Notes under the pieces: model-generated
Database searches by the model: none
Seen by the model: the letters and a program-made list of their open reading frames with translations, nothing else
What the model was told of the DNA's origin: nothing
Source: Malacoraja senta
Lineage: Eukaryota
Length of the DNA: 64,000 nucleotides
Assembly: GCA_038087875.1 (NCBI GenBank)
Contig: CM075989.1
Location: 7,194,001-7,258,000 of the forward strand
Direction of reading: 5' to 3'
Shown: in pieces, positions 12,647 to 24,954 of the stretch
How the letters are laid out: each line of letters starts with the position of its first letter
Position numbering within the stretch: the first letter of the stretch is position 1
Program-made: the position numbers and the translations under genes

Positions 12647-13049
12647 AGGGGCTGTTCCATTTGGGCGACCTAATTGGCGAGTTTAGAAGAGTTTGAAAAA
12701 ATGACATGTTGAAGACCTCCTTCAACTATGTAGAAGACTATCTACAACTACTTTCGACTATGTTGAAGACTATCTACGACTACTTTCGACTATCTTCGAC
12801 TACCCTCGATTACCTACGACTAACATGACGACCTACTACGACTAAACCTACGAGTAAAAAAAGTATCGATTTTTTCCATGGCGACCTTTTTTTACTCGCC
12901 ATGACCTAGCTGAGGCCTTGAGTACGTGGAGACCACTCTCGAGCATGAAAGAGAGTTACGAAGACCTCCTACTTCCTACATGCTGCGAGTATGTCGAGGG
13001 CAAACTCGCCAGAACTCGCGGATTAGGTCGCCACAGTGGGACAGGCCCT
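12647..13049. mobile_element. PIF/Harbinger-like MITE with internal CGACTA-type tandem repeats
   Basis: Imperfect TIRs aggggctgttccatttgggcgacctaat / attaggtcgccacagtgggacaggccct; TAA/TTA flanks. Confidence 0.7.
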
Positions 13050-13248
13050 TTAAGACTTTTGCCTTCCATTACAGTGAGGAGGTGCCTGGTAGACTCACTG
13101 TGGTGGATGTTAAACTGTGTTCATTGTGTGTTCTGTTATTTTATTTTCTGTCATGACTGCAAGGTAGGCAATTTTGTTCAAAATAAAAGTTTGAATGACA
13201 ATAAAGGAAACTTTATACTTTATACTTTATACTTTACCACACAGATGT

Positions 13249-14290
13249 TAGCAATGTCACAAAATTTTGAGATTTTAAAAATCAAGTCTGCAATTTATCC
13301 CATCAGATAAAGCATAAAAAGAAGTTTAATTTGACACCTAATTCACTTTCATATCTTCAGTATTAAAAAAGTTATGGCCATTTTCATACTCGGAAATTAG
13401 CATCGTTCCCAATTGCTTTTCCATTGACTTAACACAAAAGCTGTGATCAAGGACAGTCAAAAGCCCATAACTTTCTTAAAAATTAAGAGAACTTAATGAC
13501 ATTTTCAGTTATTATAGATTGAAGCATTCTGAAACAAATATGAAACAATCTTACTTGGATGACCTGAAATTATAGCATATAATTAGTTAGTTACCCAATT
13601 GTAGCTAATTACAAAATTCAATTACTAGATCTAAATATCTATCCATTTCTTAAGAAAAAGTTAACATTTTTAAAAAGCCTAAGTGTCCAAATAACATTCA
13701 CACAAGAATTCACAATATAACATTATTTTTAAATCTCATTGTCATTAATTTATAAGCCAAATGGAAGGAATTTAGTGTTTAATTCCTGTAAATGAATGGC
13801 CATTTAAATCATCTTGCGAGTGGGATTTAGTGGAACGCGCTGGTTTGGAACGCTGCGGTTGCACTGAATTAAACCCCAATATCGGCAGGAAAAATACTGC
13901 CGGTTGGTATATTTAAATAATCACATTTTCGCAACTTGAAATTTTTATTAAAGGCATCCTAAGAAGCAAGTTTATATGAAAAAATAAACGGTGTACCTTG
14001 CCTTGTCCCGTGCGTGAAATCCGTCCCGTTGTCAGCGTTGATGGCATTTGAAGATGATTTTACTTTTACTCCAACAATTTAATTATCCAGCGCTAATTTT
14101 AATAAAGTTAATAAAACGGCAGTCGAAGCGATTTTTCTTTAGCAGCTAAATTACCTGACAGCCATCGATTTGAATAGGCTGCTGAAAAATCGCATTTTAA
14201 ACCCGCCCCCCTCTCAAAGGCGCCAAAGTCGCGCACACGGGCAGTGGCAGAACTTCAGCGCCGCTGAAGGTAAGTTTTGTAACATACCTA
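13249..14290 (-). mobile_element. Non-autonomous hATw-like DNA transposon (internal-deletion relative of 43978-48247)
   Basis: Ends TAGCAATGTCACAAAA...TTTTGTAACATACCTA; 7-bp TSD CAGATGT at 13242-13248 and 14291-14297; both arms align to the ends of the 4.27-kb element. Confidence 0.9.
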
Positions 14291-15249
14291 CAGATGTGGT
14301 GCAGCCATTATGGTTGTGCTAAGTGCTGCTTTTTTTTTACTAACATACAAAGAACATAGAATAGTACGGCCCAGGAAAAGGCCTTTCGGCCCACAATGTT
14401 TGTGCCGAACATAATGCCACACTAAAGTAATCTCATCTTCCTGCATGTAATCCGTACCCCTCCATATAATCCGACCCCTCCATTCCCTGCAAATCCATGT
14501 AGCTATCTGCAACACTCGTAAACATCACCATCGTATACGCCTCCATCACCACCCCGGGCAGCGTGTTCTGGGCACCCACCACTCTATGTGTATAAAAACT
14601 TTCACTGCACATCTCCTTTAAACGTTGCCCCTCTCACTTTGAAGCTGTGCCCTCAGGTCTTTGACATTTCCACCCTGGGATAAAGGTTCTGACTGGCTTC
14701 CCTTTCTGTACCTTATATCACGTCTCCCCTCAACCTGTGCTCCAGATAAAACAATCTAAGATTGTCCGACCTCTTTTTATAGCTGAAACCCTCTAATCCA
14801 GGCAGCATTCTGGTACAAAGATTATAACCAAAATATCATTTTAAATTAAAAATCATTTTCTATCCTTTAAGCAGATCTACAAAAAATGATCCAAAACTTC
14901 AGTTTCTGTTTGTCTTAATAAAGAATGTTAAAATAAAAACTATTTACTGCTTTGAATGAATTGTTTAATTTTTGCCTCCTTTTCCAGGTCCATTTGTGAC
15001 CAAAGACAACCTGTCCCGGAACCACTGATGGTGTCATTGCATTAATTTCCACTAGGAGGAGCACCTGAGATGTTTAGAAAGTTTGCTCCAAATTTTTATT
15101 CAACTCTTTGGCAATAAATTGACCTTGACACTATAATAGTGATGTGGTGTGCGTAGGGAATGGGTGGGGTGAAGCCTACCCCACCCTCTCCCACTGACCT
15201 TCCAAGTTTCTATGAGGATATTCATGCACACACTAATATTTGACCCATA

Positions 15250-15610
15250 ACATGAGAGGAATAGATCGGGAAGATGCACAGTCCCTCTTGCCCAGAGTAG
15301 GTGAATTGAGGGCCAGAGGACATAGGTTTAAGGTGAAGGGGAAAGGATTGAATAGGAATATGAGGGGTAACTCTTTAACACAGAGGGTGGTGGATGTATG
15401 GAACAAGCTGCCAGAGGAGGTAGTTGAGGCAAGGACTATCCTAACACTTAAGAAATAATTGGACATGTAGATGGATAGGACAGGTTTGGAGGTATATAGA
15501 CCAAATGCGGGCAGGTGGGACTAGTGTTGCTGGGACATGTTGGCCGGTGTAGGCAAATTAGGCCAACAGGCCCGTTTCCACACTGTATCGCTCAATGAGT
15601 ATATGACTCT
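15250..15610 (+). mobile_element. CR1-like LINE 3' end
   Basis: MRGIDR...RGHRFKVKG...FTQRVV.VWNKLPEEVVEA. Confidence 0.85.
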
Positions 15611-15767
15611 AATATGAAGTATCAGTGTTTGTTACCCTCTAAAGTTAAATTCCCCAAGAGGCCAAGTTGAAGCCAAGGTTAGATAGAAACCTATCATATC
15701 AGAGGTACAAAATGAAAACCTGCTTCCATTATTTATATAATAATTCAACTTAAGTATAGAGGGCTGT

Positions 15768-15965
15768 TCAAGAAGGAACTGCAGATGCTGGAAATCGAAG
15801 GTAGACAAAAGTGCTGGAGAAACTCCGCGGGTGCGGCAGCATCTATGGAGCGAAGGAAATAGGCAATATCTGAAGAAGGGTTTTGGCCCGAAACGTTGCC
15901 TATTTCCTTCGCTCCATAGATGCTGCCTCACCCGCTGAGTTTCTCCAGCACTTTTGTCTACCCAC
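15768..15965. mobile_element. Penelope-derived palindromic element with hammerhead motif
   Basis: Inverted arms around CTGAAGAAGGGTTTTGGCCCGAAACGTT; 14-bp direct repeat GTATAGAGGGCTGT at 15754-15767 and 15966-15979. Confidence 0.8.
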
Positions 15966-16889
15966 GTATAGAGGGCTGTGGGCCAAACGCATGCAGGTGA
16001 GACGAGTGTAGATGGGACATCTTCGTTGGCATGTGTAAGTTGGGCTGAAGGGCCAGTTTCCTTGCTATATAACTTCATACCTCTATAATTCAGCTTCTTG
16101 GTCAAAAACTGCTGCTAAAACCCCAGCATCTGGTGCAGTTTGAGGTGATTATATAAGATTAAAAATAAAACAACAAATTCAGCTAGACTTGCTCCAAATT
16201 GTAACTCCTCATAGATTAATATTTGTTTCCTATTGGAATTGGTTACTGACAAAACTGTGCTAAATTTGACTAATTTCCACTTGAGAGATAGTTTTGAAAT
16301 TCCAAAATAGCTGGGAAAACCATAAACTGGCCATGCCTGTGCTTGGAGGTATTTTTGTTGAATGCTTTGGCAGAATACCTCATCACCACCAGGACTTCCA
16401 AATAAGCACCAAGTTCTTTCTTGGCCAGTGGTTAGATGGGTCCTTCCTGTCAGCTCATTCATACGCTGCTGGAGTCTCAATGCCACCACAAAATGTCCTT
16501 GTGATAGCTGTAGCGTGGCTGGGACTGGCATCTATCTCCTTGTGGAATGTCATTTGCATGAAAATGGATGCAGTGGTGTTTGTATGAGGATCATCCCAAA
16601 CAGGTGTGTGATGCAGCAAATGGAATGTATGTCTTAAAGTCATTGAGACACGCAGCCCAACTCATCCATGCTAATCAACATGCCCCAATCCAAGATAGTC
16701 CTATTTGCCTGTACCTGACCAATATCCTTCTAAAAACCTTCTTCTTGATTAGTCCCAACTTCTTAATAAGTGTGTCAAGGGTTATAGGACAAAGGCAGGA
16801 AAATGAGATTGAGAGGGAAAGATAGATCAGTCATGATTGAATGGCGGAGTACAGTTGATGGGCCGAATGGCCTTATTCTGCTCCTAGAA

Positions 16890-18020
16890 TATAAATTTAA
16901 GAATCTTTCTTATACATGTAGCTGTCCAAATGTTTTTAAAAAAAATGTTGTTATTGCATCTGCCTCAAATACCTCCTCTGGAAGCTCGTTCCATATCATC
17001 CTCTGTGTGAAAAGGTTGCCCCCCAGGTTCTTATTAAATCTTTCTCTGCTCACCTTAAATTTATGCCCTCTATTTTTTGATTCCTCTACTCTGGGACAAA
17101 GATTGTGCATTCATCCTAGCTATTCCCCTCATGATTTTACACATCTATATGAGATTATTCTCATCCTCCTGCGCTCAAAGGATTAAAGTCCTAGTCTGAC
17201 CAACATCTCCTTAGGCCCTCGAGTCCTGGCAACATGCTTGTAAATCTTCTTTGAATGTTTCCAGCTTAAAGGCATCTTTCCTATGGCAGGGTGAGCAATA
17301 AAGAACACAATACTCCAAATGTGGCCTCACCAATATCTTATATGACAGTAACACAACGTCCCAACTTCTATACTCAATTAGACACTAAAAGCTGGAGTAA
17401 CTCAGTGGGTCAGACAGCATCTCTGGAGAAAAGGAATAGGTGATGTTTCGGGTCGAGACCACTCTTCAGACATGCTATACTCAATTGTGTAAGAAGGAAC
17501 TGTAGATGCTGGTTTAAACCGAAGATAGACACAAAATGCAGGAGTAAATCAACGGAACAGGCAGCATCTCTGGAGAGAAGGAATGGGTGACGTTTCCGGT
17601 TGAGACCCTTCTTAAGTCTGATCAGTCTGAAGAAGGGTCTCGACATGAAACGTCACCCATTCCTTCTCTCCAAAGATGCTGCCTGTCCCACGGAGTTACT
17701 CCAGCAATTTGTGTCTATTCTATACTCAATTCCCTGACTGATGAAAGCCAGCTTGCTGAAAGTCTTCTTCAGCACCCTCTCTACCTATGTGAGCACTATG
17801 TACCTTTACTCCTAGATCTCTCTGCTCGACAGCACTCCTCAGTACCCTACAATTTACTGTGAAACTGTCCTGGTTTGACTTTCCAAAGTGCAACACCTCA
17901 CACTTACCTGAGTTAAACTCCATTTGCCATTCCCCGGCCCAGCTAATCAAGAACCCGTTATAATTCTTAATAACTATGATCTCATGATCTCATCTATTGT
18001 GGTGTCATCTGCAAACAATG
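16890..18020 (-). mobile_element. CR1-like LINE interrupted by two Penelope-derived inserts (17380-17474 and 17487-17719)
   Basis: WAGEWQMEFNSGKCEVLHFG and RGHKFKV...WNELPEEV remnants on minus; CTATACTCAATT occurs three times at the insert junctions. Confidence 0.8.
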
Positions 18021-19419
18021 GTGTCCTAATCCTTGGTGGGAAGGAAGGACTTTTATCAATGGGGTGAATACCATGGGCATTTCAAAGTTTGCATGGAAAT
18101 TGTAGCACATGCATAAAAAGGTCAACATCTAGGAATCTTAGAGACTTAAGAGGGACCAGAGGGACACAGTTTTCACTCAGAGGGCAGTCTGTATCTGGAA
18201 CAGATATATGGATAGGATGGGTTTGGAGGGCAATAGGCCAGATGCAGGCTAATAGGATTGGCCTAAGAAACCAACTTGGCTGGCATGGACCAGGTGGGCC
18301 AAAGGCCCTGTCGTACACCATTTTTCACTTTATATTTATTTGTGTTGCCACTTTCAGAGAGCTGTGAACTTGGACCATAAGATCCCTCTGTACATCAATG
18401 CTACTTAGTGTCCTAGCATTTACTATATACTTTCATCTTATATTTGACCTCTCAGAGCACAGAACCTCACATGTGTCTTGATTAAACTCCATGTGTTATT
18501 TCTTCACCCAATTCTGCAACTGATCTTTATCCTCCTGTATTCTTTAATAACATTCTTTATCAACAATTCCAATAGTTTTTATGTAATCTACAATCGTACT
18601 AATCAGATCATAGTTACATTAACTATGTTAGTTTAAATAGACATATTTTTACAATTTACAAAGATATCATTTACAATAAATATTTATAAAAATGATTGAA
18701 CATTTTGCATATTTAAAAATGGTAACCGTAATCAGATGTTCACACTAAATATATATCCTATATATAAGACAAAGTGCTGAAGTAACTCATGGGTCAGGCA
18801 GCATTTCTGGAGCACATGGATAGGCAATATTTTGGGTCAGGACCCTTCTTGTAGACTCCATCTACATTTGCTCCACCCATTTCTGCAACTGTATCCTGCT
18901 GTATTCTTTGGTAACCTTCTTCATTATCAGCTAGTCCACAAGGTTTTGTGTCTTCTGCGAACTTACTAATCAACCCATCTAAATTTTTGTACAAGTCGCT
19001 TATAAATCTTGCAAACATCGCAGTTAAATTAACTTGGTTAAATTACAATGAATGTCTATGAAAATAATTTATTTTGTTCTTATTTATGAATGGTAACATT
19101 AATCAGGTATTTACATTAAATATATGTATGATGTATACTATATCGTTTCAGATACATATGTAGCCATATATAAAATCTGTAAAATATATAAAATATATAA
19201 AATCTGTAGCTTCCCTTTGATCTGGTATTTTGTTGGTTCACATGCTTGATCAATGGTGTTTTATCATTAATGTTTTATTATTATAAATGTTTAGTGTTTT
19301 CTGAGTCATTCATAATTGTCACTGTATGTCATGTTGTTACTTGTGGGTGGAGCACCAAGGCAAATCCCTTGTATGTGAATACTTGGCCAATAAACTTTAA
19401 TACTTTAATACTTTAATAC

Positions 19420-20220
19420 TTTAATAATGAATAATATATATTTTGTATATCTATGCTATATATAGATATGGTAAATATATAGTAAATATATGTGTATGAT
19501 ATATAAAGATACAACATATATAAAATAAACAACATATATAAATATATGCATACAATTAACACACATATATATATATATAGATAAAAATATTTTATCTATA
19601 TGAATATATAGATAAAATATACCCAACGGGACCTCCTTGGTCTGGTATAAATATAAATATATGTATATATAAAGAAAATATATATATATATTTATATATA
19701 ACATACATATAAAGATAAAATATATATGTATAAAGATAAAATGTTTATAAAAGAATATATATAATATAAAAATAATATATCTATTTAATACATATTGATA
19801 TATAATATGTATAAATATAAACTATATATGTATATGTCTTGTGTAGGAAAGAACTGCAGATGCTGGTTTAAATCGAAGATAGACACAAAATGCTGGAGTA
19901 ACTCAGCGGGACAGGCAGCATCTATGGAGAGAAGGAATGGGTGACGTTTTGGGTCGAGACCCCTTTTCAGCCTATGTATAATATATGTATATATCATGTA
20001 TATATATCGTATATATCTTTATCTATATATATATATATATATATATAAGAAAACAAATATACATTATATGTTTTCTCTTTTATCTTTGCATATATAGGAT
20101 TAAATATATTTAAATAAAAGATAAGATATTAAATATATATAAATAAAAGAGAAGATATATATATATTTATATAAATATAAAGATAAAATTATATATTATA
20201 TATAAAAGAAAAAGTTTTAT
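19420..20220. repeat. AT-rich / (TA)n low-complexity tract, with a Penelope-derived arm at ~19840-19970
   Basis: Direct reading of the sequence. Confidence 0.9.
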
Positions 20221-20379
20221 GACTGCTGTAATTTTATGACTGTAGACAGACTAATCCCTCCTGGGCTAAGTAAAGTTCCATCGTATCGGGTCGTATGTAC
20301 GAACACACACAATATATTTTCTTTACCTTCCACATGAACAAAACACTGGGAAAGAAGCCGTGAACCACGGGATTCTCTG

Positions 20380-20560
20380 CGGTATCCAATCAAAGCCTTG
20401 CTGTGGCTCCTGAGTGGCAGGTGTGAGGGCCAATGGAGCGTGCGGCTGGGGTTGGACCAATGGCGAGGGGGGGGGGCGGGGCGGGAGCGGGGTTGCGCGT
20501 GCGCAGTGAGCGGTGCGGGGAGCGGCCGCGGCAGGGGCAACAAGTGTGGGCGGTGAGTGA
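20380..20560 (+). promoter_or_regulatory. CpG-rich, apparently TATA-less Pol II promoter
   Basis: Three CCAAT boxes (20386, 20430, 20457), GC box GGGGCGGGG (20473-20481), NRF1-like TGCGCGTGCGCA (20494-20505), and a local CpG cluster in otherwise CpG-poor DNA. Confidence 0.75.
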
Positions 20561-20832
20561 GTGAGAGAGTGGAGCAGAGCAGCAGTGGCGGCATTAGCAG
20601 CAGTAGATAGCAGCTGCCCACTGTACACCCACCCAGCACTGCAACACAACCTCAATCCACCAAACACATCTCAGCCGGAGAGACAAAAGCTGCACTTTAA
20701 AGTAATCCAGGAAAAAGTGCAGCAATGAGTTGGTCACACACATCCCTGAGAGAATGAGGACTCCACGCAGGCAATGAGTGAGCACAGTTAAAAGTTGCTG
20801 CTCCAGTCATATTGTAACGAGGCCCCATTGAG
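20550..20832 (+). other. Candidate first (5' UTR) exon of an unidentified gene
   Basis: Unique sequence downstream of the promoter motifs, ending in a strong donor GAG|GTAAGG (intron GT at 20833). The start position is approximate. Confidence 0.6.
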
Positions 20833-22494
20833 GTAAGGAAGGCTTCGCTTTAGAAGAATAAAACCTTTTCTTGTCCCCTTAAATAAAAATGTGCTCCCAA
20901 AGTGTATGTGTGTTTGCAACCCTGTGTAATTCAATATCCGTCCTTGTTACTTTGGGCTTTTGTTCTGTTTCTGCCCCAGCTTTGTTACCTGGTGTGTGTG
21001 AGTGTGTGTATTTGTTTGTGGGTTTGGGGATACAATGTAACTGGGGCTCGACTCCTTGCTTTGCATGTTTCACTGGCGCTGTGTTTGTATGTGTTTTTTT
21101 TAAAGTTCGTCCCTTCCCTTTTTAAATCTTTTGAACTTTGTATTGGTGTTTTTGTTTCAGAAGTTATATTTTGCAGCCAGTTTTCTAGATTCCCCCCCCA
21201 TTTGTCTTTCGAGTGTAATTTATTTTCTTGAATTGGATTTCACTACAGTGTTTATTTGTGATGTAGAATAATAACGCCTTTTGGCTGTTGTATAATTAAC
21301 GGGAGAAAAATATTTAATGTTTTCTTATTGATCCCACATGTACTTTCTAAAGCAAGATCTTTATCCAGAATTAAATTTCAAAACGCATTTTGTATATCGT
21401 TACATGTATCGTCGAAGGGTTCATTGTTATTCTTCCGTAGCAGGATTTCGCTGGTAACAAAAGCTTCAGGTGCATTTAAAAAAAACATTCTCTGGGTACA
21501 TCTGCACAACTGGCTGCAGCTGCACAGTTGGATTGCTGAAAAGTTGCTCACAAATTAGCTTCACGATCAGGTTGCGGGCCCCGTGTACCGGAGCTCTTTC
21601 GTGTTGCTTTGTTTTCACTTGTTTAATGTTCGGTGTGAGGTTTATCTGCTAAAGCAGCAATTTATTTGGCGGGGCCACTAAACAGCAACGGCCATAATCA
21701 GCTAGCAACTCATCAGCTAGTGATAAAAGGGGTCACAATGTGTGAGAAAGAATTGATCTCTGATGTCCGAATCCATAGCTGACATTTAGCGCTAATTGTT
21801 GTCTTTGTTTTAAAAAAAAGAGTTGACAATACCAGTTTGAAAATTGTTGTAACCTGTTTTAAAAAAAAAAAAAAAAGGACGCAAGTTGCTGATTCTAAAC
21901 ATGGAAATCCTATATCAAGTCAAGAGAGTTTTATTGTCATGTGTCCCAGATAGGACAATGAAATTCTAGCTTGCTGTTATAATAATAACAACCAGTGATT
22001 TGTGCAGATAGCCAGTCCATGTATGCATGTTTCCTGGGAAAGATGGTTTAAACAAAACTTTGCCAAATTCCTGGAATCCCCTGCAAGAAACGCTGGATTT
22101 GCAAGCCAGTGCACCTAACCGTGATACGATCCTCCCATCGTTGGCAGGCCCTTTGCAGTGTCGCATCCAGCATGACATGTTTGGAAAAGTTTTGCATGTG
22201 CACTCGTCTAATACAACGTGTACAATCCAGACAGACTTTGTGGCCTTGTTTGGGATGTGCTACATCAACAGAGTGATAGCTTTTTTATCAGTTCCCAAGA
22301 ACCAAGAGCATGAAGACTATCTGTGTGCTAAAGTTTCCGATTTAATTCCAGCCTGGTGCATACGTAATCTATCCGTGCCCATGTTCGACTTAGTTTAGTG
22401 ATACAGCATGGAAACAGGCTCTTCTGTCCAGAGTCCATGCCGATCATCAATTACCCATTCACACTAGTTCTATGTTATCCCCATGAGACTATAT

Positions 22495-22980
22495 GAGATG
22501 CAGCGCGGGAACAGGTCCACCAAGTCCACGCTGATCAGCAATCACCTCGTGCACTAGCACTATCCTACACACTGGGGACAATTTACAGAAGCCAATTAAC
22601 CATCAAACCTACACGTCTTTGGAATGTCGGAGGAAACCAGAGCACCTGGAGAAAAACCGCTCGGTCACAGGTGGAACATGCAAACTCCGTACAAACAGTG
22701 GCAATAGTCAGGTTCGAACCTGGATGTCTGGAGCTGAAAGGTGGCAACACTACCACTGCGCCACTGCTGCAACTACCCCTTAAACACAAGGTGTATTTTT
22801 TTAAACCAAAGCCAATTAACCCACAAATCTTTGAGATGTTGGCGAAAACCGGAGCACCCAGAGGAAACCCACGTTGTCACAGGGAGAACATGCAGACTCC
22901 ACGCAGACAGCACCAGAGGTCGGGATCAAACGCAGGTCTCTGGTGCTGTGAGGCAGTAGCTCTATCAGCTGTACCACTCT
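22495..22980 (-). mobile_element. Two adjacent HE1/V-type SINEs
   Basis: Two successive matches to the SINE family (~22495-22765 and ~22806-22980). Confidence 0.75.
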
Positions 22981-23479
22981 TCCCAGGAATTTATGCCATT
23001 TAAAAATAATCAAATAATTTTTTCTTTTGTAAAGTGGTCCTGAAATCCTCAGAGCTCTCCTAAATGTATGAACTGCTATAGTGAGGAGGGGGGGGAACAG
23101 AAGCAAAAGAGACTACATCAGGCAAAGCAGGAGTAAGCCCACCTCTCTCTCAAACCTGCTTTACCATTCAGTCTGATGATGGAGATCCGACCTTGACTTG
23201 CCCTTTCCCCATTCCCTTGATATGATTTCTCAGTGTGAAGAAGGATCTCAATACAAAATACCATCAGTCTGTTTCCCTTCACAGTTGCCGATTGACCTGC
23301 TGAGTTCCTCCAGCACTTTGCTTAAGATTCCAGCATGTGCACTCACTTGGCCCTTAGAGTTCTCTTGATGCTTGAGATCCTCTGTGGCTGGAATTGATGT
23401 AAGCTACATTGAATGGCATCAGCATTACAAAGAAGGCCAATGTTCAGACCCTGTCTTTACTTGCTCTGTAGATCTTGAG

Positions 23480-23900
23480 TAGGCACTGGGCTTGTACTTG
23501 CTGGAGCTTAGAAGGATGAGGGGAGCCCTCATTGAAACCTACTGAATAGTGAGAGGCCTGGATAAAGTGGATGTGGAGAGGATGTTTCCACTAGTGGGGG
23601 AGTCTAGGACCAGAAGGCATACCCTCAGAATAAAAGGATGCACCTTTCGAAAGGAGATGAGGAATTTATGTAGTCGGAGGGTGGTGAATCTGTGGAATTC
23701 ATTGCCAGTAACAGCTGTGGAGGCGAAATCATTGGGTATTTTTAAGGCGGAGATTGACAGATTCCTGAATAGTACGGGTGTCAAGGATTAGTGGGAGAAG
23801 GCAGGAGAATGGGGTTGAGAGGGAAAGATAGATCAGCCATGATTGAATGTTGGAGAGACTTGATGGGCAGAATGGCCTAATTCTGCTCCTATGACATAAA
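23480..23900 (+). mobile_element. CR1-like LINE 3' end
   Basis: GLDKVDVERMFPLVGESRTR...RVVNLWNSLP...FKAEIDRFL plus 3' UTR; similar copies at ~24425-24870, 26885-27300 and 43390-43660. Confidence 0.85.
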
Positions 23901-24954
23901 CCTATGAGTTAGTTGTTCAAACCAGTTTGAAGGAGAGGATGAGGAAGCTTGTTGAGATATTTGCATGATCAAAGGCCTGAACTATAATATGTCTCTATTC
24001 ATATTTTATCCCCAAACCACAAGAATGTATTAACCAGGGTGCTTATTATTTTTGGATCTCCTTTTCTTAAAAAGGTGGATATTTTTTTCTTAAAACAATA
24101 TCACTTGTACAACTCTCTTCATTACAACGATATACTTGCGTATAGAATCACAAAGTCCTGTAGTATCTCAGTGGGTCGGCCAGCATCTGTGGACATGGAT
24201 GGACAACATCTTGGGTCGTGACCCTCTTCAGACTGATTGGAGTAAGGGGCAGAAAACTGGAAAAGAGAATTGTAGGACAAAGCCTGTCAAGTGATGGGTG
24301 GATGCGGGGTGGGGGGGGGGGAGGGGAGGGCGGGAGGGAGGAAGGATTGGCAGATGGGTGGAGTAAGTGACAAAGACGAGATGTGAAAAGGAGACAAAAG
24401 GATGTTGGATAATGAGAGAGGAGAGAATGATCCTAGGAATGAGTAGGTTAACCTATGATGAGCATTTGTCGGTGCTGGGCCTGTACTTCCTGGAGTTTAG
24501 AAGAATGAGGGGGGACCTCATTGAAACTTACAGAATAGTGAAAGGCTTGGATAGAGTGGATGTGGAGAGGATGTTTCCACTAGAGGGAGAGTCTAGGACT
24601 AGAGGTCATAGGATGCTATTTTAGGAAGGAGATGATACATTTCTTTAGTCGGAGGGTGGTGAATCTATAGAATTTTTTGCCGCAGATGGCTGTGGAGGCC
24701 GTCAATGGATATTTTTAAGATAGATAGATTCTTGATTAGTACAGATGGTAGAGGTTATGGGGAGAAGGCAGGAGAATGGGGTTAGGAGGAAGAGCAACCA
24801 TGATTAAATAGCGGAGTAGACATGATGGGCCAAATAGCCTAATTCTACTCCTAACACTTATGACATGAGGAGGAATGAAATGTGAAATCAGAGGGAGGGA
24901 TATAGGTGGAAGGGGAGAAGGGGGGGAGGGGTCAGAATAGTGGGAGAAGAGCAA

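Noticed and set aside
12700..12860. CRISPR-like or coding repeat (CGACTA units)
   Set aside because: Short degenerate tandem units inside a MITE; no constant repeat with unique spacers and no cas genes.
19456..19997. Tyr/Ile-rich ORFs
   Set aside because: Artefacts of (TA)n low-complexity DNA.
20689..20735. miR-17/106-like pre-miRNA (AAAAGTGC seed)
   Set aside because: The stem is only 10 bp and the sequence after the seed does not resemble the family.
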